Positions 1 through 9,676 of a stretch of 64,000 nucleotides of DNA are shown one piece after another (the stretch's first letter is position 1; each line of letters starts with the position of its first letter). The stretch is from Halobacteriovoraceae bacterium (GTDB lineage: Bacteria > Bdellovibrionota > Bacteriovoracia > Bacteriovoracales > Bacteriovoracaceae): assembly GCA_002711995.1 (NCBI GenBank), contig PASN01000012.1, positions 15,155 through 79,154 of the forward strand, given 5' to 3'. A model generated the notes under the pieces. It searched no databases and was not told where the DNA came from. It saw only the letters and a program-made list of their open reading frames with translations. Position numbers and translations under genes: made by a program.

Positions 1-1262
1 CCTCCTAAAATGGCGCTCCCCCATCCGAAGTGAACGTATTTCATTGTTTTAGCAGACCCAAATTTCTTCACAAGCCCAACCAGGAGCAAAAGAACAAGGC
101 CCGCTTCCAGTGCTTCTCTTACGACAATACCAAAGGAGATAAGCGCCGAACTCACAAAAGAAGTTTCAGAAGAAATCGCGCCGTCGGCTTTTTTCAAAAG
201 GGACAAAATTTCTTCTCTCTTTTGTTCCACCACTTCTTTTGATGAATCCTTAGTTAACAAGGCTCTATATCGAGCGAGCTCTTGCTCTAAGGAGAGCACA
301 AGATCTCGGTTGTTTACTGTTAAATACCCCTCTATTGGTTCAATTCCCTGCAAATAAGCTTCCAAAGACTTGTCTTTGGCTCCTTGGAAGTTTCCTGCGG
401 CAAATAGCTTAAAGCTTTCTCCAAGCTTGCTTCTCGCGGTCTCTAGGAATTCCGATCCTTTTTTCAGTGGAGTTCCCGATGGTGGAAAGGAGTCCCCTAT
501 ATCTCGTACGCTGGCGAGAAAAAGAGCTTCTTCTTCCTCTTCAATATTGTACTTGCTAAGGAGTTCTAGGTCAGTCTTTGAAGCTAAATCTTTCAGAGGC
601 ACTTCGTAACTGCCATTGGCACTGTTACCTTTATAACGAAACGCTGAGACGTAGAATGCGAGCGACCACCTGTCTTTTTCCGAAAGAAAGGAGTAACTGG
701 CCATGCCCGTGCCATTTACTCCAAGAGTAATGGTATTGTAGGCCTGAAAAGGAGAAATGTTTTGCATTCGCTCCAGGCCATGAAAGTTTGTAGGTTTAGG
801 CTCAAGGTTTTTCCCAAGGGGCCTATCTCCAGCCCCGGAAACTCCGTGGCATCCAACGCAGGACTGAGCGTATATTTGCTTTGCCTTCTGAAAATCGAGA
901 CCATTGGTAGGAAAAGTCGCGATATTAAAAGCTTTTATGACATCAAACTTAAGCTTGTTTGCGAAGAAAGAAACTTCTTGTACAGATTCTTTTTCAAGAA
1001 TCATTCTTTTCAGTTCTTCTACATCTGATTCCAATTTTTTATCAAAATTCGCCTGATTTGAAATTCGAGAGACCTCATTTATAAACTCTACTTGCTCATC
1101 ATATTCTCCCTGACTACTAATCTCGCCCTGAAAAACCGCCTCTCCATAATCTTGAGAAAGATAACTTAACAAATGAACGGCTAATTCGGCGCCATTTCCC
1201 TTCGCATTAATGAAAGAAAGAGGAGAAACAAACAATAAAGCGGCAAGAATATATCTAAACAT
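1..1262 (-). CDS. cytochrome c domain fused to FTR1/EfeU-type iron permease (N-terminal part; gene runs off the left edge)
   Basis: Minus-strand frame is open from the ATG (1262-1260) to the window edge. It is absent from the ORF track because no stop lies in the window. My translation gives signal peptide MFRYILAALLFVSPLSFINA, haem-c motif CVGCH (nt ~846-860), and VVREALEAG (RExxE motif of FTR1 permeases, nt ~100-125) followed by hydrophobic helices. Confidence 0.75.
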   Translation of the reverse strand, partial: MFRYILAALLFVSPLSFINAKGNGAELAVHLLSYLSQDYGEAVFQGEISSQGEYDEQVEFINEVSRISNQANFDKKLESDVEELKRMILEKESVQEVSFFANKLKFDVIKAFNIATFPTNGLDFQKAKQIYAQSCVGCHGVSGAGDRPLGKNLEPKPTNFHGLERMQNISPFQAYNTITLGVNGTGMASYSFLSEKDRWSLAFYVSAFRYKGNSANGSYEVPLKDLASKTDLELLSKYNIEEEEEALFLASVRDIGDSFPPSGTPLKKGSEFLETARSKLGESFKLFAAGNFQGAKDKSLEAYLQGIEPIEGYLTVNNRDLVLSLEQELARYRALLTKDSSKEVVEQKREEILSLLKKADGAISSETSFVSSALISFGIVVREALEAGLVLLLLVGLVKKFGSAKTMKYVHFGWGSAILG

Positions 1263-1785
1263 CAGAGGACTCCATTTTATGAATATTCTCACACAGACCA
1301 CAATTTATCTCTGGGTCGCATTGCAAGTAAAATCTTTGGAATTGCTTGAGAAAATCAAGAACGACCTTTCTATCAGAACGTAGGAACTGCACGAACTTTA
1401 GCAAGGCTTCCCCCGTATCGTCAGACAGTAGGTGTTCTACTTTGCAGCTATCAGTCTTGGCCGTAGCTTCGCTAACACCCAATACTTCCATAAAAAAAAC
1501 GATCATCGTTTGCCTTTTATTGGCAATGGTTTCAATCTTCGCCTTTCCTTGCTTAGTTAATTTAAGAAAGTTTTTGTTAACTAGGACTAGTTTCTTTTCA
1601 ATGAGCTTTTTTAGCTGCAACGAAACCGCATTTCTGCTGACATCTAACTCTTTGGCCAGGTCCACAGCTCTTAGTTCTCCCTTTTGTTTTGATAAGGAGT
1701 ATAAAGCCAAAAGATAATGGGTTTCCGAATGTGATAAATCGTTATTGTTGTATTCTTTCCAATGTTCTTCGTATTCAAAATTCAT
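1255..1785 (-). CDS. DtxR/MntR-family metal-dependent transcriptional repressor
   Basis: HTH segment VDLAKELDVSRNAVSLQLKKLIEKKLV is followed by a DtxR-like segment RQTMIVFFMEVLGVSEATAKTDSCKVEHLLSDD. The ATG at 1785 has a G-rich SD-like run upstream; the ORF-track start is a TTG at 1815. The stop (1255-1257) overlaps the ATG of the downstream permease gene. Confidence 0.7.
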   Translation of the reverse strand: MNFEYEEHWKEYNNNDLSHSETHYLLALYSLSKQKGELRAVDLAKELDVSRNAVSLQLKKLIEKKLVLVNKNFLKLTKQGKAKIETIANKRQTMIVFFMEVLGVSEATAKTDSCKVEHLLSDDTGEALLKFVQFLRSDRKVVLDFLKQFQRFYLQCDPEINCGLCENIHKMESSDV

Positions 1786-1869
1786 CAGCCCCCGCCTGTT
1801 AAGTACACCTAACAATACAAGGGCATCAGAAAGTTGTAAAGCCTACTTTACAAAACTAAGGGAAATAAT

Positions 1870-2205
1870 TTAAAGATTACCACCTTTATAGTTTTTCCAG
1901 TTCTGATTTGCCTTTTTGATGTTTTCCTCTAAATGATTCTTAAATTTCTTCATATTCTCTTTACTTGAAAAGTAATAAGCTTTCCCGCCATGCTCCAATT
2001 TATATTCTTCCTTACCATGAACATGCAGGTCTCCCTCAGAGAGACTCAGGGCACAGGTTTTATCAAACTGCTCCACCTGTGAGTGTACTTTACAATTTTT
2101 AGTACATTCGTCTTTCTTATGATGATGGTGGGCTGCTTTATCATGATGATGTGCACATCCCGTTAGGCCAATCAGTACAATAACAATAGATACAAATTTA
2201 TTCAT
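1870..2205 (-). CDS. His-rich lipoprotein with YHS/TRASH-like metal-binding C-terminal region
   Basis: Lipobox LIGLTGC, then AHHHDKAAHHHHKK. The C-terminal GKAYYFSSKENMKKF resembles the YHS motif. It overlaps the RND pump gene by 8 nt (2198-2205). Confidence 0.5.
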   Translation of the reverse strand: MNKFVSIVIVLIGLTGCAHHHDKAAHHHHKKDECTKNCKVHSQVEQFDKTCALSLSEGDLHVHGKEEYKLEHGGKAYYFSSKENMKKFKNHLEENIKKANQNWKNYKGGNL

Positions 2206-5200
2206 TATAAGCCTCCTTAAAGCTTGGTTGCATAAACTTAATGAAAAGACGATAGAGTGAAGGGATTACAATTAACGTTAAAAGAGTTGCGGAAATAATC
2301 CCTCCAACAACAACTGTAGCCAATGGCTTTTGCACCTCAGCACCAAGTCCGGTGGAAAACATCATAGGCAAAAATCCAAAGATATCGGTCAGGGCAGTCA
2401 TGAGCACGGGTCTCAGTCTTGTCATAGCTCCTTCTCTAACCACATCATTCGGGGATTTACCTTCTTGGAAAAGTCGGTTGAAATAAGTCACTAAAACAAC
2501 ACCGTTTAAAATACTAATTCCAGACAAAGCTATAAACCCCACTCCGGCAGAAATGCTGAAAGGCATTCCCATAAATGTAAGAGCGAGCACTCCTCCGATC
2601 AATGCCATTGGAGCACATGCAAATATAAGAGCAACTTGAGCGAAAGACTTAAAAGCTGCATAGAGCATTGCCAAGATAATTAGCATCGCCATTGGGACTA
2701 AGATACTTAGACGCTCCTTGGCACTTTGCAAATTTTTAAAACTTCCACCCCACTCTACATAGTAACCCTCGGGAAGCTTAACTTCCGCTTCAACCCTGGC
2801 CTTGGCCTTTTCAACAAAACTTTCTACGTCCCGGGTTTCTGGATTAATTAAAACGGCTACCCTCCTCTGAGAATTTTCACGGCTGACATTGCTAAAAGTC
2901 TCCACGTAGTCAATCTCAGCGACTTGATTAATTGGCACAGTATAGCCTTCAGAAATCCCTACAGGTAAGCTTCTTACAGTATGAATATCTTTTCGTTGAA
3001 CCTCACTTAACCTCGCAACAATTGGAAACTTACGGACACCCTCGTAAACATGCCCGATCTCTCGGCCACCAATAGCGGCGCTAATTGAGTCCAACACAGG
3101 CCTAGCAGTTACTCCCAATTGAGCCAGCTCCTCAATTCTTGGTGTGTATCGAAGCATTGGAGACTTGCCCTTTGACTCAGATTCCGATTCTCCAGAACCT
3201 GGAATCTCAGAAATGATTTGAGCTATTTCTTTCGAATAAGTTATAAGCTTATCTAAATCCTCACCAAAAACCTTTGCAGAAACATCAGCTCTAGTTCCCT
3301 CTAAGAGTTCATTAAATCTTAATTGAACAGGCTGAGACATAAGAAGTACTTGCCCAGGAATATACAGTTCAAGCTTCTTTTTTACAGCGGCGATCAGATC
3401 ACTTTTATTTTTTATATCTGTTTCTGGCCACTGGTCTTTTGGCCTAAGCATGACATAAGAGTCTGAAATATTAACTCCCATTGGATCTGTCGCCACCTCT
3501 GCGGCACCTGTTCTTGCAAACACCACTTTAACCTGTGGGAATCCTTCTATTACATCTTCAGATAATTGTTGAAGCTTCACAGAATTTTCAATACTGATAT
3601 TTGCAGGCCTAATAAATTGAACAGCAAAGTCCCCCTCATCCAATTGGGGAATAAACTCCGCTCCCATTTGAGAAAATAAGAAGATACCGGCAGTGATTGC
3701 GGCAACACCAATCCCCAAAACTACTTTTTTAAAGCGCAGAGCAATGTCCAAAGTTGGTCTAAAGGCTTTTTCCGCCCATCGCATAAGGAAAGGTTTATTA
3801 TCTTTGGTTTTACCAGAAAGAAATGTGGCTGCTAACGCAGGAACCAATGTAAAAGATAATATCAAAGCACTACCTAATGCCATAATAAACGTAGTTGCCA
3901 TAGGGCCAAACATTTTCCCCTCTACGCCAGTCAAAGCGAAAAGTGGAATGAAAACGACAATAACAATAAGTTCGCCAAAACCAGCGGCAGATCGGATTTC
4001 AACTGTAGCATCTTTTACAACTTTGCGGACCTCGCGTCTTGTAAGAGTACGACCCAGCTCCTTTCCTCTAATTTGTAAACGATGTACACAGTTCTCAATA
4101 ACAATAACCGCACCGTCCACAATGATTCCAAAATCCAAGGCTCCTAAGCTCATCAAATTTCCAGATACGTTTTGCCACCTCATCAATATAAATGTCGCCA
4201 ACAAAGCAATGGGAATCATTAATGCGGTTATAATAGCTGCCCTAATATTTCCTACAAGCATCAAAAGAAATAGACTTACAAGGGCCGCCCCCATAAGGAG
4301 ATTATGCTCTACAGTACTTAAGGTGGCGTTAACCATGTCCGAACGATTGTAAAGTGTTCTTAACTCAACCCAATCAGGTAAATCACCACTTATATTCTCT
4401 AATTTCTCAGCAACATCGATTGAAACGGATCTGCTATTTTCACCCAAAAGCATGAACACAGTTCCAACAATGGATTCTTCTCCCCCAACAGTTCCAGCAC
4501 CAGTACGAATTTGCTTGTCGAATTTAACTTGTGCAATGTCTTTAATCTTGATGACCTGATAATCAGAAAGCCTCTTAACAACGACATTGCCTATATCTTC
4601 GAAAGTTCTTAAAAGTCCTACACCTCTCACCAACAATTGTTGACCGGTTTGTTGAATATAGCCTCCACCTACATTTGCGTTGGTTTCTTCGATTGCTCTT
4701 TCTATGTCATCAAAGTGAAGTCCATAGCGTGCCATTTTCTCAACATCTGGCTGTACAAAGAATTGCTTATCAAAGCCTCCAATGGTGTTGATTTCAGTAA
4801 CTCCTGTTACTGTTAGAAGTCTTGGTTTAATAAACCAATCTTGAATTGACCTAAGTTCCATTAACTGGACAAGACGCTTTTCAGAATCCTGGGCTGGCTC
4901 TTTAGCTTCGATTGAATAATGAAATATTTCTCCAAGCCCTGTACTGATTGGACCCATCTCTGGAACAATTCCTTCAGGTAATTCTATATTTTGTAGTTTT
5001 TCCCCCACCAACTGCCGGGCACGATATATGTCTGCATCTTCCTCAAAAATCACAGTTACTTGACTAATGCCATACTTTGACACAGACCTGATTGTTTGAA
5101 CTCCCGGGATACCATTCATGGCATACTCGATAGGAAATGTTATCATTCTTTCTATTTCATCCGGAACATACCCTTTAACTTGGGTATTTATTTGAACTTG

Positions 5201-5332
5201 AGTGTTTGTGATATCTGGTACAGCATCAATGGAAAGCTCCTGAAAGGACTTCACTCCATATGCAACTAGGAGGATGCTTGTCAAAAAAACAAAAAGACGA
5301 TTATTTACCGAAAACTCGATTATTTTATTCAT
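2198..5332 (-). CDS. CusA/CzcA-family heavy-metal efflux RND permease
   Basis: 1044 aa. The N-terminus (FSVNNRLFVFLTSILLVAYGVKSFQELSIDAVPDITNTQVQINT) and the two large periplasmic loops with about 12 TM segments are typical of HME-RND pumps. Confidence 0.9.
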   Translation of the reverse strand: MNKIIEFSVNNRLFVFLTSILLVAYGVKSFQELSIDAVPDITNTQVQINTQVKGYVPDEIERMITFPIEYAMNGIPGVQTIRSVSKYGISQVTVIFEEDADIYRARQLVGEKLQNIELPEGIVPEMGPISTGLGEIFHYSIEAKEPAQDSEKRLVQLMELRSIQDWFIKPRLLTVTGVTEINTIGGFDKQFFVQPDVEKMARYGLHFDDIERAIEETNANVGGGYIQQTGQQLLVRGVGLLRTFEDIGNVVVKRLSDYQVIKIKDIAQVKFDKQIRTGAGTVGGEESIVGTVFMLLGENSRSVSIDVAEKLENISGDLPDWVELRTLYNRSDMVNATLSTVEHNLLMGAALVSLFLLMLVGNIRAAIITALMIPIALLATFILMRWQNVSGNLMSLGALDFGIIVDGAVIVIENCVHRLQIRGKELGRTLTRREVRKVVKDATVEIRSAAGFGELIVIVVFIPLFALTGVEGKMFGPMATTFIMALGSALILSFTLVPALAATFLSGKTKDNKPFLMRWAEKAFRPTLDIALRFKKVVLGIGVAAITAGIFLFSQMGAEFIPQLDEGDFAVQFIRPANISIENSVKLQQLSEDVIEGFPQVKVVFARTGAAEVATDPMGVNISDSYVMLRPKDQWPETDIKNKSDLIAAVKKKLELYIPGQVLLMSQPVQLRFNELLEGTRADVSAKVFGEDLDKLITYSKEIAQIISEIPGSGESESESKGKSPMLRYTPRIEELAQLGVTARPVLDSISAAIGGREIGHVYEGVRKFPIVARLSEVQRKDIHTVRSLPVGISEGYTVPINQVAEIDYVETFSNVSRENSQRRVAVLINPETRDVESFVEKAKARVEAEVKLPEGYYVEWGGSFKNLQSAKERLSILVPMAMLIILAMLYAAFKSFAQVALIFACAPMALIGGVLALTFMGMPFSISAGVGFIALSGISILNGVVLVTYFNRLFQEGKSPNDVVREGAMTRLRPVLMTALTDIFGFLPMMFSTGLGAEVQKPLATVVVGGIISATLLTLIVIPSLYRLFIKFMQPSFKEAYNE

Positions 5333-5347
5333 ATTTTTTATTCCAAC

Positions 5348-6049
5348 TTAGTGTGAATGTCCGTACTCTGATGTGTCGGTTGAGTAAATGTCAGTGACCC
5401 TTAATAGTCCAACCCCACCAATAGCAATTTGATCTCCATCTCGAAGGGCGTTTACTGACACAGTAAATGTCTTGTTAGACTCTTTTTCAATTTTTACTTT
5501 TACCATTTTAAAATAACCATCACGGTATCTATAAATCCCTTTTTCCTCCAAAGACACTACCAATGCATCCTTGGGAATATTCAGTGGACTATAAGAAAAC
5601 TTACGAAGCTTAACTCCAATTGTTTCCTTTGCTTCCTTGGACATTTTAAAACCTTTGCGTTCGTCTACTTCTTCAATTGCCTTGCCCTTTCCTATCGCCT
5701 TGCTACTACCATGGCCTTCATGATCATCGTGGCCGGCATGATCATCCCCCTTATGTTCCCCATGTCCTTTGTGAGATTTTTCTTCATCCTCGTGAGCATT
5801 TCCTTTGTGGGATTTCTCTTCATCCTCGTGAGCATGTCCTTTGTGGGATTTCTCTTCATCCTCGTGAGCATTTCCTTTGTGGGATTTCTCTTCATCCTCG
5901 TGAGCATGTCCTTTGTGGGATTTGTCTTCATCCGCGTGAGCATGCCCTTTATGGGATTCCTCATGGTCTACGTGGGGATGTCCATTACCAAGGCCATAAC
6001 AAATGTTTCCAAAAAACATCACAATTAAAACAATCTTAAACTTATTCAT
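5348..6049 (-). CDS. secreted His-rich repeat protein with a C-terminal RND-adaptor (MFP)-like beta domain (mini-adaptor)
   Basis: Signal peptide, then ~100 aa of (G[HN]AHEDEEKSHK)n. The last ~110 aa (FKMSKEAKETIGVKL...IPKDALVVSLEEKGIYRYRDGYFKMVKVKIEKESNKTFTVSVNALRDGDQIAIGGVGLL) look like the N- and C-terminal strands of a membrane fusion protein without the lipoyl/hairpin core. The ATG at 6049 is preferred over the GTG at 6067. Confidence 0.55.
   Translation of the reverse strand: MNKFKIVLIVMFFGNICYGLGNGHPHVDHEESHKGHAHADEDKSHKGHAHEDEEKSHKGNAHEDEEKSHKGHAHEDEEKSHKGNAHEDEEKSHKGHGEHKGDDHAGHDDHEGHGSSKAIGKGKAIEEVDERKGFKMSKEAKETIGVKLRKFSYSPLNIPKDALVVSLEEKGIYRYRDGYFKMVKVKIEKESNKTFTVSVNALRDGDQIAIGGVGLLRVTDIYSTDTSEYGHSH
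5761..5940. repeat. 36-bp coding tandem repeat, 5 good copies (plus degenerate flanks), alternating G/T variants giving a 72-bp super-unit
   Basis: Units start at 5761, 5797, 5833, 5869 and 5905. The unit is cat[g/t]tcctttgtgggatttctcttcatcctcgtgag. It encodes HEDEEKSHKG(H/N)A on the minus strand. Confidence 0.9.
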
Positions 6050-6515
6050 TAATAACCTCGAGTTCACTTAACTTTTCCTTACACGCCGAATTTTCCATCA
6101 AAGATTCAACCTCTAAGTCAGTTAATTCTAAACGTACGAGCTGAAGAATTTCTTGATAATATTTTGCCTCTTCCGCACAAAGAAAGAATCCACTCACCTC
6201 ACAAGAGTTCAAAATATTTTTCCATGATTTTATATCTAGAATATATTTCGAACACAGATCATCAGAGAAGTAAGCAAAATACTTCCGATGAAAGTTTCTG
6301 GAAAAGCGATTATCGTTTTGCAGTCGATGAGCTAGATTCTTAACATTTGAGAAATACTTCTTTATCGCCTCCTGTTTAACTGCATCAAGCCCAGTGTTTG
6401 CCTCATTTTCAAGATAAATTCGATCCAACTCGAGCGAATCAAGTTTATCCAATTCTTTTTGATACTTACATCCACTAGCAAAAAGTATGATAAAAAATAT
6501 AGTTAAGACTTTCAT
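6042..6515 (-). CDS. lipoprotein of unknown function inside the efflux operon
   Basis: 157 aa with lipobox LFASGC. Start and stop overlap the neighbouring genes (6512-6515 and 6042-6049). Confidence 0.5.
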   Translation of the reverse strand: MKVLTIFFIILFASGCKYQKELDKLDSLELDRIYLENEANTGLDAVKQEAIKKYFSNVKNLAHRLQNDNRFSRNFHRKYFAYFSDDLCSKYILDIKSWKNILNSCEVSGFFLCAEEAKYYQEILQLVRLELTDLEVESLMENSACKEKLSELEVINE

Positions 6516-7753
6516 TGTTGAACCCCAGACAATAGATTTTCAAGTTTAGTCTCTTTCTTGTTGTAATCGCCATTAAAAATCATTCTTTTTAACCTCTCCA
6601 TTGTGGTCACGACTTCGTAATTGTAGTTAACAAGGGATATTGATGCATCGAATTCGTTCTCAACACTTTTAAGCATCTCTAGAGGATCAATATCCATTCC
6701 CAATGCAAGATGACTTCTTAGAGTTTGATAATTTTCTCCTGCCAATCTTCTCCTAGTTGTCTGATTTTCAATATTTCCAATAAACGAATTGAAGTTATTA
6801 ATCAGGTTATACAAGGACTTTTTTAACACCTCCTCAGTAGAGGATTTATTTATATCCAGGATGTGAGATTCGGAATTGCTGATTCTGATTGAGCTAGCGG
6901 CACCAAAGCCTAACCCATCTTGTACGGGTATATTATTAAACACACCCTGAGAATTGGAGGATGCTCCAAGAAATGAAAATGTAACTTCCTTACGAGTATA
7001 GGCCAATGCTTGTTTAAGGTATTTGTATTGGGCCAGTTCAGGAGCTGAATCCAAAGCTCTAAAAACAAAAGTATCAAATTTTAAAGGTTCAAGCTTACCT
7101 ACCTTGGGAAAATTGATGTTTTCTAGAAGAAGTTCTTGTTCTTGATCAATACCCAATAAATAAGCAAGAGCCTTTTTTTCTTCAAACACAAGATTTTGAA
7201 GAACTCGGATATCTTCCTTCACCTCCAAGGATTTGATTTTCAAAAACCTGGTAGTTCTAGGCTCAACACTGCCAAATATCTGTCTTGTTTCAGCAATTCC
7301 GACCAGTTCCTCTATCTTCATCGATTGAGCTTTTAAAGTGTTTAAAAAGTCGATATCCCTCAAGGTGTTTATGTAAAGAAGTTTGGCGGTCATAACTTCA
7401 TTGGCCCACAATGCACGATACTGCTCTTGATAGGCAAAATAAAACTCCTTAGACTGACCAACCTTAAACCAATTACCAGGTACAAGAAAAGGAGCTATAT
7501 CTTGAACAATGTCCAATGCTCCCTTCCAGGAAAAGGGTGTTTTAAGGACATTCCAAAGGTTTAAACGAGGTAACAGATTCCTCTTATTAAAATTTATTGT
7601 TTCTTTTGCCTGATATACCCTCTGAGCATTTTTAAGTACTGTAAAGTTAGATTGCTTAACCTCTTCTGCCACCTGTTCCAAACTAATCGAGGTTTGTGCA
7701 TTTAAATTCAGACTAAGCACCATTATGGAAAGTAATATTATTATTTTTTTCAT
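6512..7753 (-). CDS. TolC-family outer-membrane efflux protein (second OMF of the operon)
   Basis: 413 aa with a signal peptide. The N-terminal ISLEQVAEEVKQSNFTVLKNAQRVYQAKETINFNKRNLLPRLN is typical of OMF proteins, and the architecture is a helical repeat. Confidence 0.6.
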   Translation of the reverse strand: MKKIIILLSIMVLSLNLNAQTSISLEQVAEEVKQSNFTVLKNAQRVYQAKETINFNKRNLLPRLNLWNVLKTPFSWKGALDIVQDIAPFLVPGNWFKVGQSKEFYFAYQEQYRALWANEVMTAKLLYINTLRDIDFLNTLKAQSMKIEELVGIAETRQIFGSVEPRTTRFLKIKSLEVKEDIRVLQNLVFEEKKALAYLLGIDQEQELLLENINFPKVGKLEPLKFDTFVFRALDSAPELAQYKYLKQALAYTRKEVTFSFLGASSNSQGVFNNIPVQDGLGFGAASSIRISNSESHILDINKSSTEEVLKKSLYNLINNFNSFIGNIENQTTRRRLAGENYQTLRSHLALGMDIDPLEMLKSVENEFDASISLVNYNYEVVTTMERLKRMIFNGDYNKKETKLENLLSGVQQ

Positions 7754-7755
7754 AC

Positions 7756-8397
7756 CTATCTCCTCAATTGAAATTTGAATTTCTGATTGCTTGTACTGGA
7801 TTCAAAAACACCCTGAACCTTTTCTACACGACTAACAGACCCAGAGGTAACTTGAGCGGCTAAAGATCTGGAGTCTTTTAGTCTCGCCTCATCAGAACGA
7901 ACGTCTAAAGTAGAGTCCGAAATGGACAGGTGAAAAGAGTTCTTACAAGACTCGGTGATAATATTTATCACCCCCTTATTCACATCCGGTCTATAACCTT
8001 CAACTACGCAGGTGACAGCACTGTTAGGAACTCTAGGGTTTTCAAGCTTAACGAAAAGATTAAGATTCAAGTTTTGTAATTCAAAATTGATCTCGTCCAA
8101 TGTTCTAACCCTACTTGGAAAGGCAATAGGAATACTGCTCACAAACCGAGCGTTAATATCAAAGGAGATATTTTGAACATCTACTTCACCAAAAAAATCT
8201 CCTTCAATAGCCTGTATAAACCTTTTTCTTTTATTAAGATCCTCTTCCATCTTCTCTGCCCACATTTTCTGGTTTTCATTTTGGGCCTGATATTGTTCAC
8301 GAGCTTGTATATCTGCCTGTTCTGCAAGACGGTCATCTCCCCCTTTACTACAACTCAGTAAAAGAACACACGGTAGAATAATAATTAGATTTTTCAC
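7756..8397 (-). CDS. lipoprotein of unknown function
   Basis: 213 aa with lipobox LLLSCS. I recognise no family. It lies 2 nt from the downstream gene. Confidence 0.5.
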   Translation of the reverse strand: MKNLIIILPCVLLLSCSKGGDDRLAEQADIQAREQYQAQNENQKMWAEKMEEDLNKRKRFIQAIEGDFFGEVDVQNISFDINARFVSSIPIAFPSRVRTLDEINFELQNLNLNLFVKLENPRVPNSAVTCVVEGYRPDVNKGVINIITESCKNSFHLSISDSTLDVRSDEARLKDSRSLAAQVTSGSVSRVEKVQGVFESSTSNQKFKFQLRR

Positions 8398-8405
8398 AAA
8401 AACTC

Positions 8406-9620
8406 CTAGTTAAATAATTTTTCGATAAGTTTTTTTTTGCCAGTAATAATATAGATTTCCATTAGAGCATTTAAGATGTCGTTTTCAGTTTCAAACCTGG
8501 AGTCCATATAATCGACATATTGACGATGGGACTCTATGATCATTGGAATGCTTACAACACCTCTTCTGAAAAGCTGTTCTGCTTCATTATGAAATTTTGC
8601 TATTTTAGATAGTGAAGGCATTGCTTGGTAGGTCTTTAGTGATTGATGATAAACCTTTAACTGATTATTAAGCTTCCTCTTTAAGAGAGATATATTATTT
8701 TTCGCAGTTTTTTGTTGGGCCAACAAATTCTTGGAAGCCTGAAGCTTTCCTCCATAATTAGTATTCAAAAATGGAGCATTGAAAGTTATTCCAATCCCTG
8801 CACTTACAAACTCATCTGCACCTTTTGTCTCATAGCCAACAATTGGTCCGACCATTAGGTCCGGGTAGGCTAAGGATTTCTCTTGCTTTAGCAACTTTCT
8901 AGCGACTTCAACTTTATTCTCCTCAATGGCCGCCATACCTTGTTTTTCGCTAAGTTCTAAAACACCGATATTTGGATACTTTATCGGGGTGTAGTTAAAC
9001 TTTAGCTTTTTACACTCCCCCATGAATGCAACTTCTCCAGCCAATACATCTTGCTCATTTTTAAAATCGTTCAGTCTGGCCGTATAATCATTTAATGCAA
9101 GCTTTAGAGTACTCAGTGAGACCTTTTCTTCGGGGTTCAGTCTTTTACGACTTTCAAGTTTTTTAATAATGGATCGAAAGGTTTCAATAGCTTCCTGCAT
9201 TGCTTTGACCAGGACTTCAAGCTGGGCACCTCGTTGGTATTTCAAGAGGTTTTCAAGCCCTTTCCGACTTCCGTACAAGTCATATTGGTTACTTTCCAAC
9301 TTTGCCCGTGCCAAGGCCTGTTCCATTCTTGCACTTCTTTTCCCCCCCATTTCTATGACGTGAAGAAGCTTTAAATCATAATTGTTGGTATCAAGTCCAA
9401 AATCATCCCCTCTTGTATACTCAAATTCTAAAGCAGGGTTTGGCCTCTGCTTGGCCTTATCCACAAAAGAGTTGGTTGCATCTTTTTGAAGCTTAACTTG
9501 GTCCAAAACAGGATTTGAAGAGAATAATTTCTTTTTATACTCGCGAATATCTTTATATACGCACGAATCTTCCGCATGAGCACCTAAGAGAGTTGCCCAG
9601 ATTAAAATGACAAGTTTCAT
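8406..9620 (-). CDS. TolC/CzcC-family outer-membrane efflux protein (first OMF of the operon)
   Basis: 404 aa with a signal peptide. SNPVLDQVKLQKDATNSFVDKAKQRPNPALEFEY is a CzcC-like N-terminal motif. Confidence 0.6.
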   Translation of the reverse strand: MKLVILIWATLLGAHAEDSCVYKDIREYKKKLFSSNPVLDQVKLQKDATNSFVDKAKQRPNPALEFEYTRGDDFGLDTNNYDLKLLHVIEMGGKRSARMEQALARAKLESNQYDLYGSRKGLENLLKYQRGAQLEVLVKAMQEAIETFRSIIKKLESRKRLNPEEKVSLSTLKLALNDYTARLNDFKNEQDVLAGEVAFMGECKKLKFNYTPIKYPNIGVLELSEKQGMAAIEENKVEVARKLLKQEKSLAYPDLMVGPIVGYETKGADEFVSAGIGITFNAPFLNTNYGGKLQASKNLLAQQKTAKNNISLLKRKLNNQLKVYHQSLKTYQAMPSLSKIAKFHNEAEQLFRRGVVSIPMIIESHRQYVDYMDSRFETENDILNALMEIYIITGKKKLIEKLFN

Positions 9621-9676
9621 TTCTTACCTTTAAGTAAAATTTAAAATAAAAGTGAAAATTTAAGAATTAATGAAGC

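Noticed and set aside
30-1028. Short ORFs from the track (30-242+, 370-609+, 762-1028+, 716-904-) at the left end
   Set aside because: All lie inside or antisense to the much longer open minus-strand frame (1-1262) encoding the cytochrome c/FTR1 protein. They have no motifs. The shared 'PLGK' in the 716-904 ORF is a coincidence of homopolymer runs in a different frame.
3693-4352. 219-aa plus-strand ORF antisense to the RND pump, and ORFs 5677-6039+, 5711-6028+ and 5692-5964- within the His-repeat gene
   Set aside because: They are embedded in confidently identified genes and give low-complexity translations produced by the tandem repeat or by codon bias.
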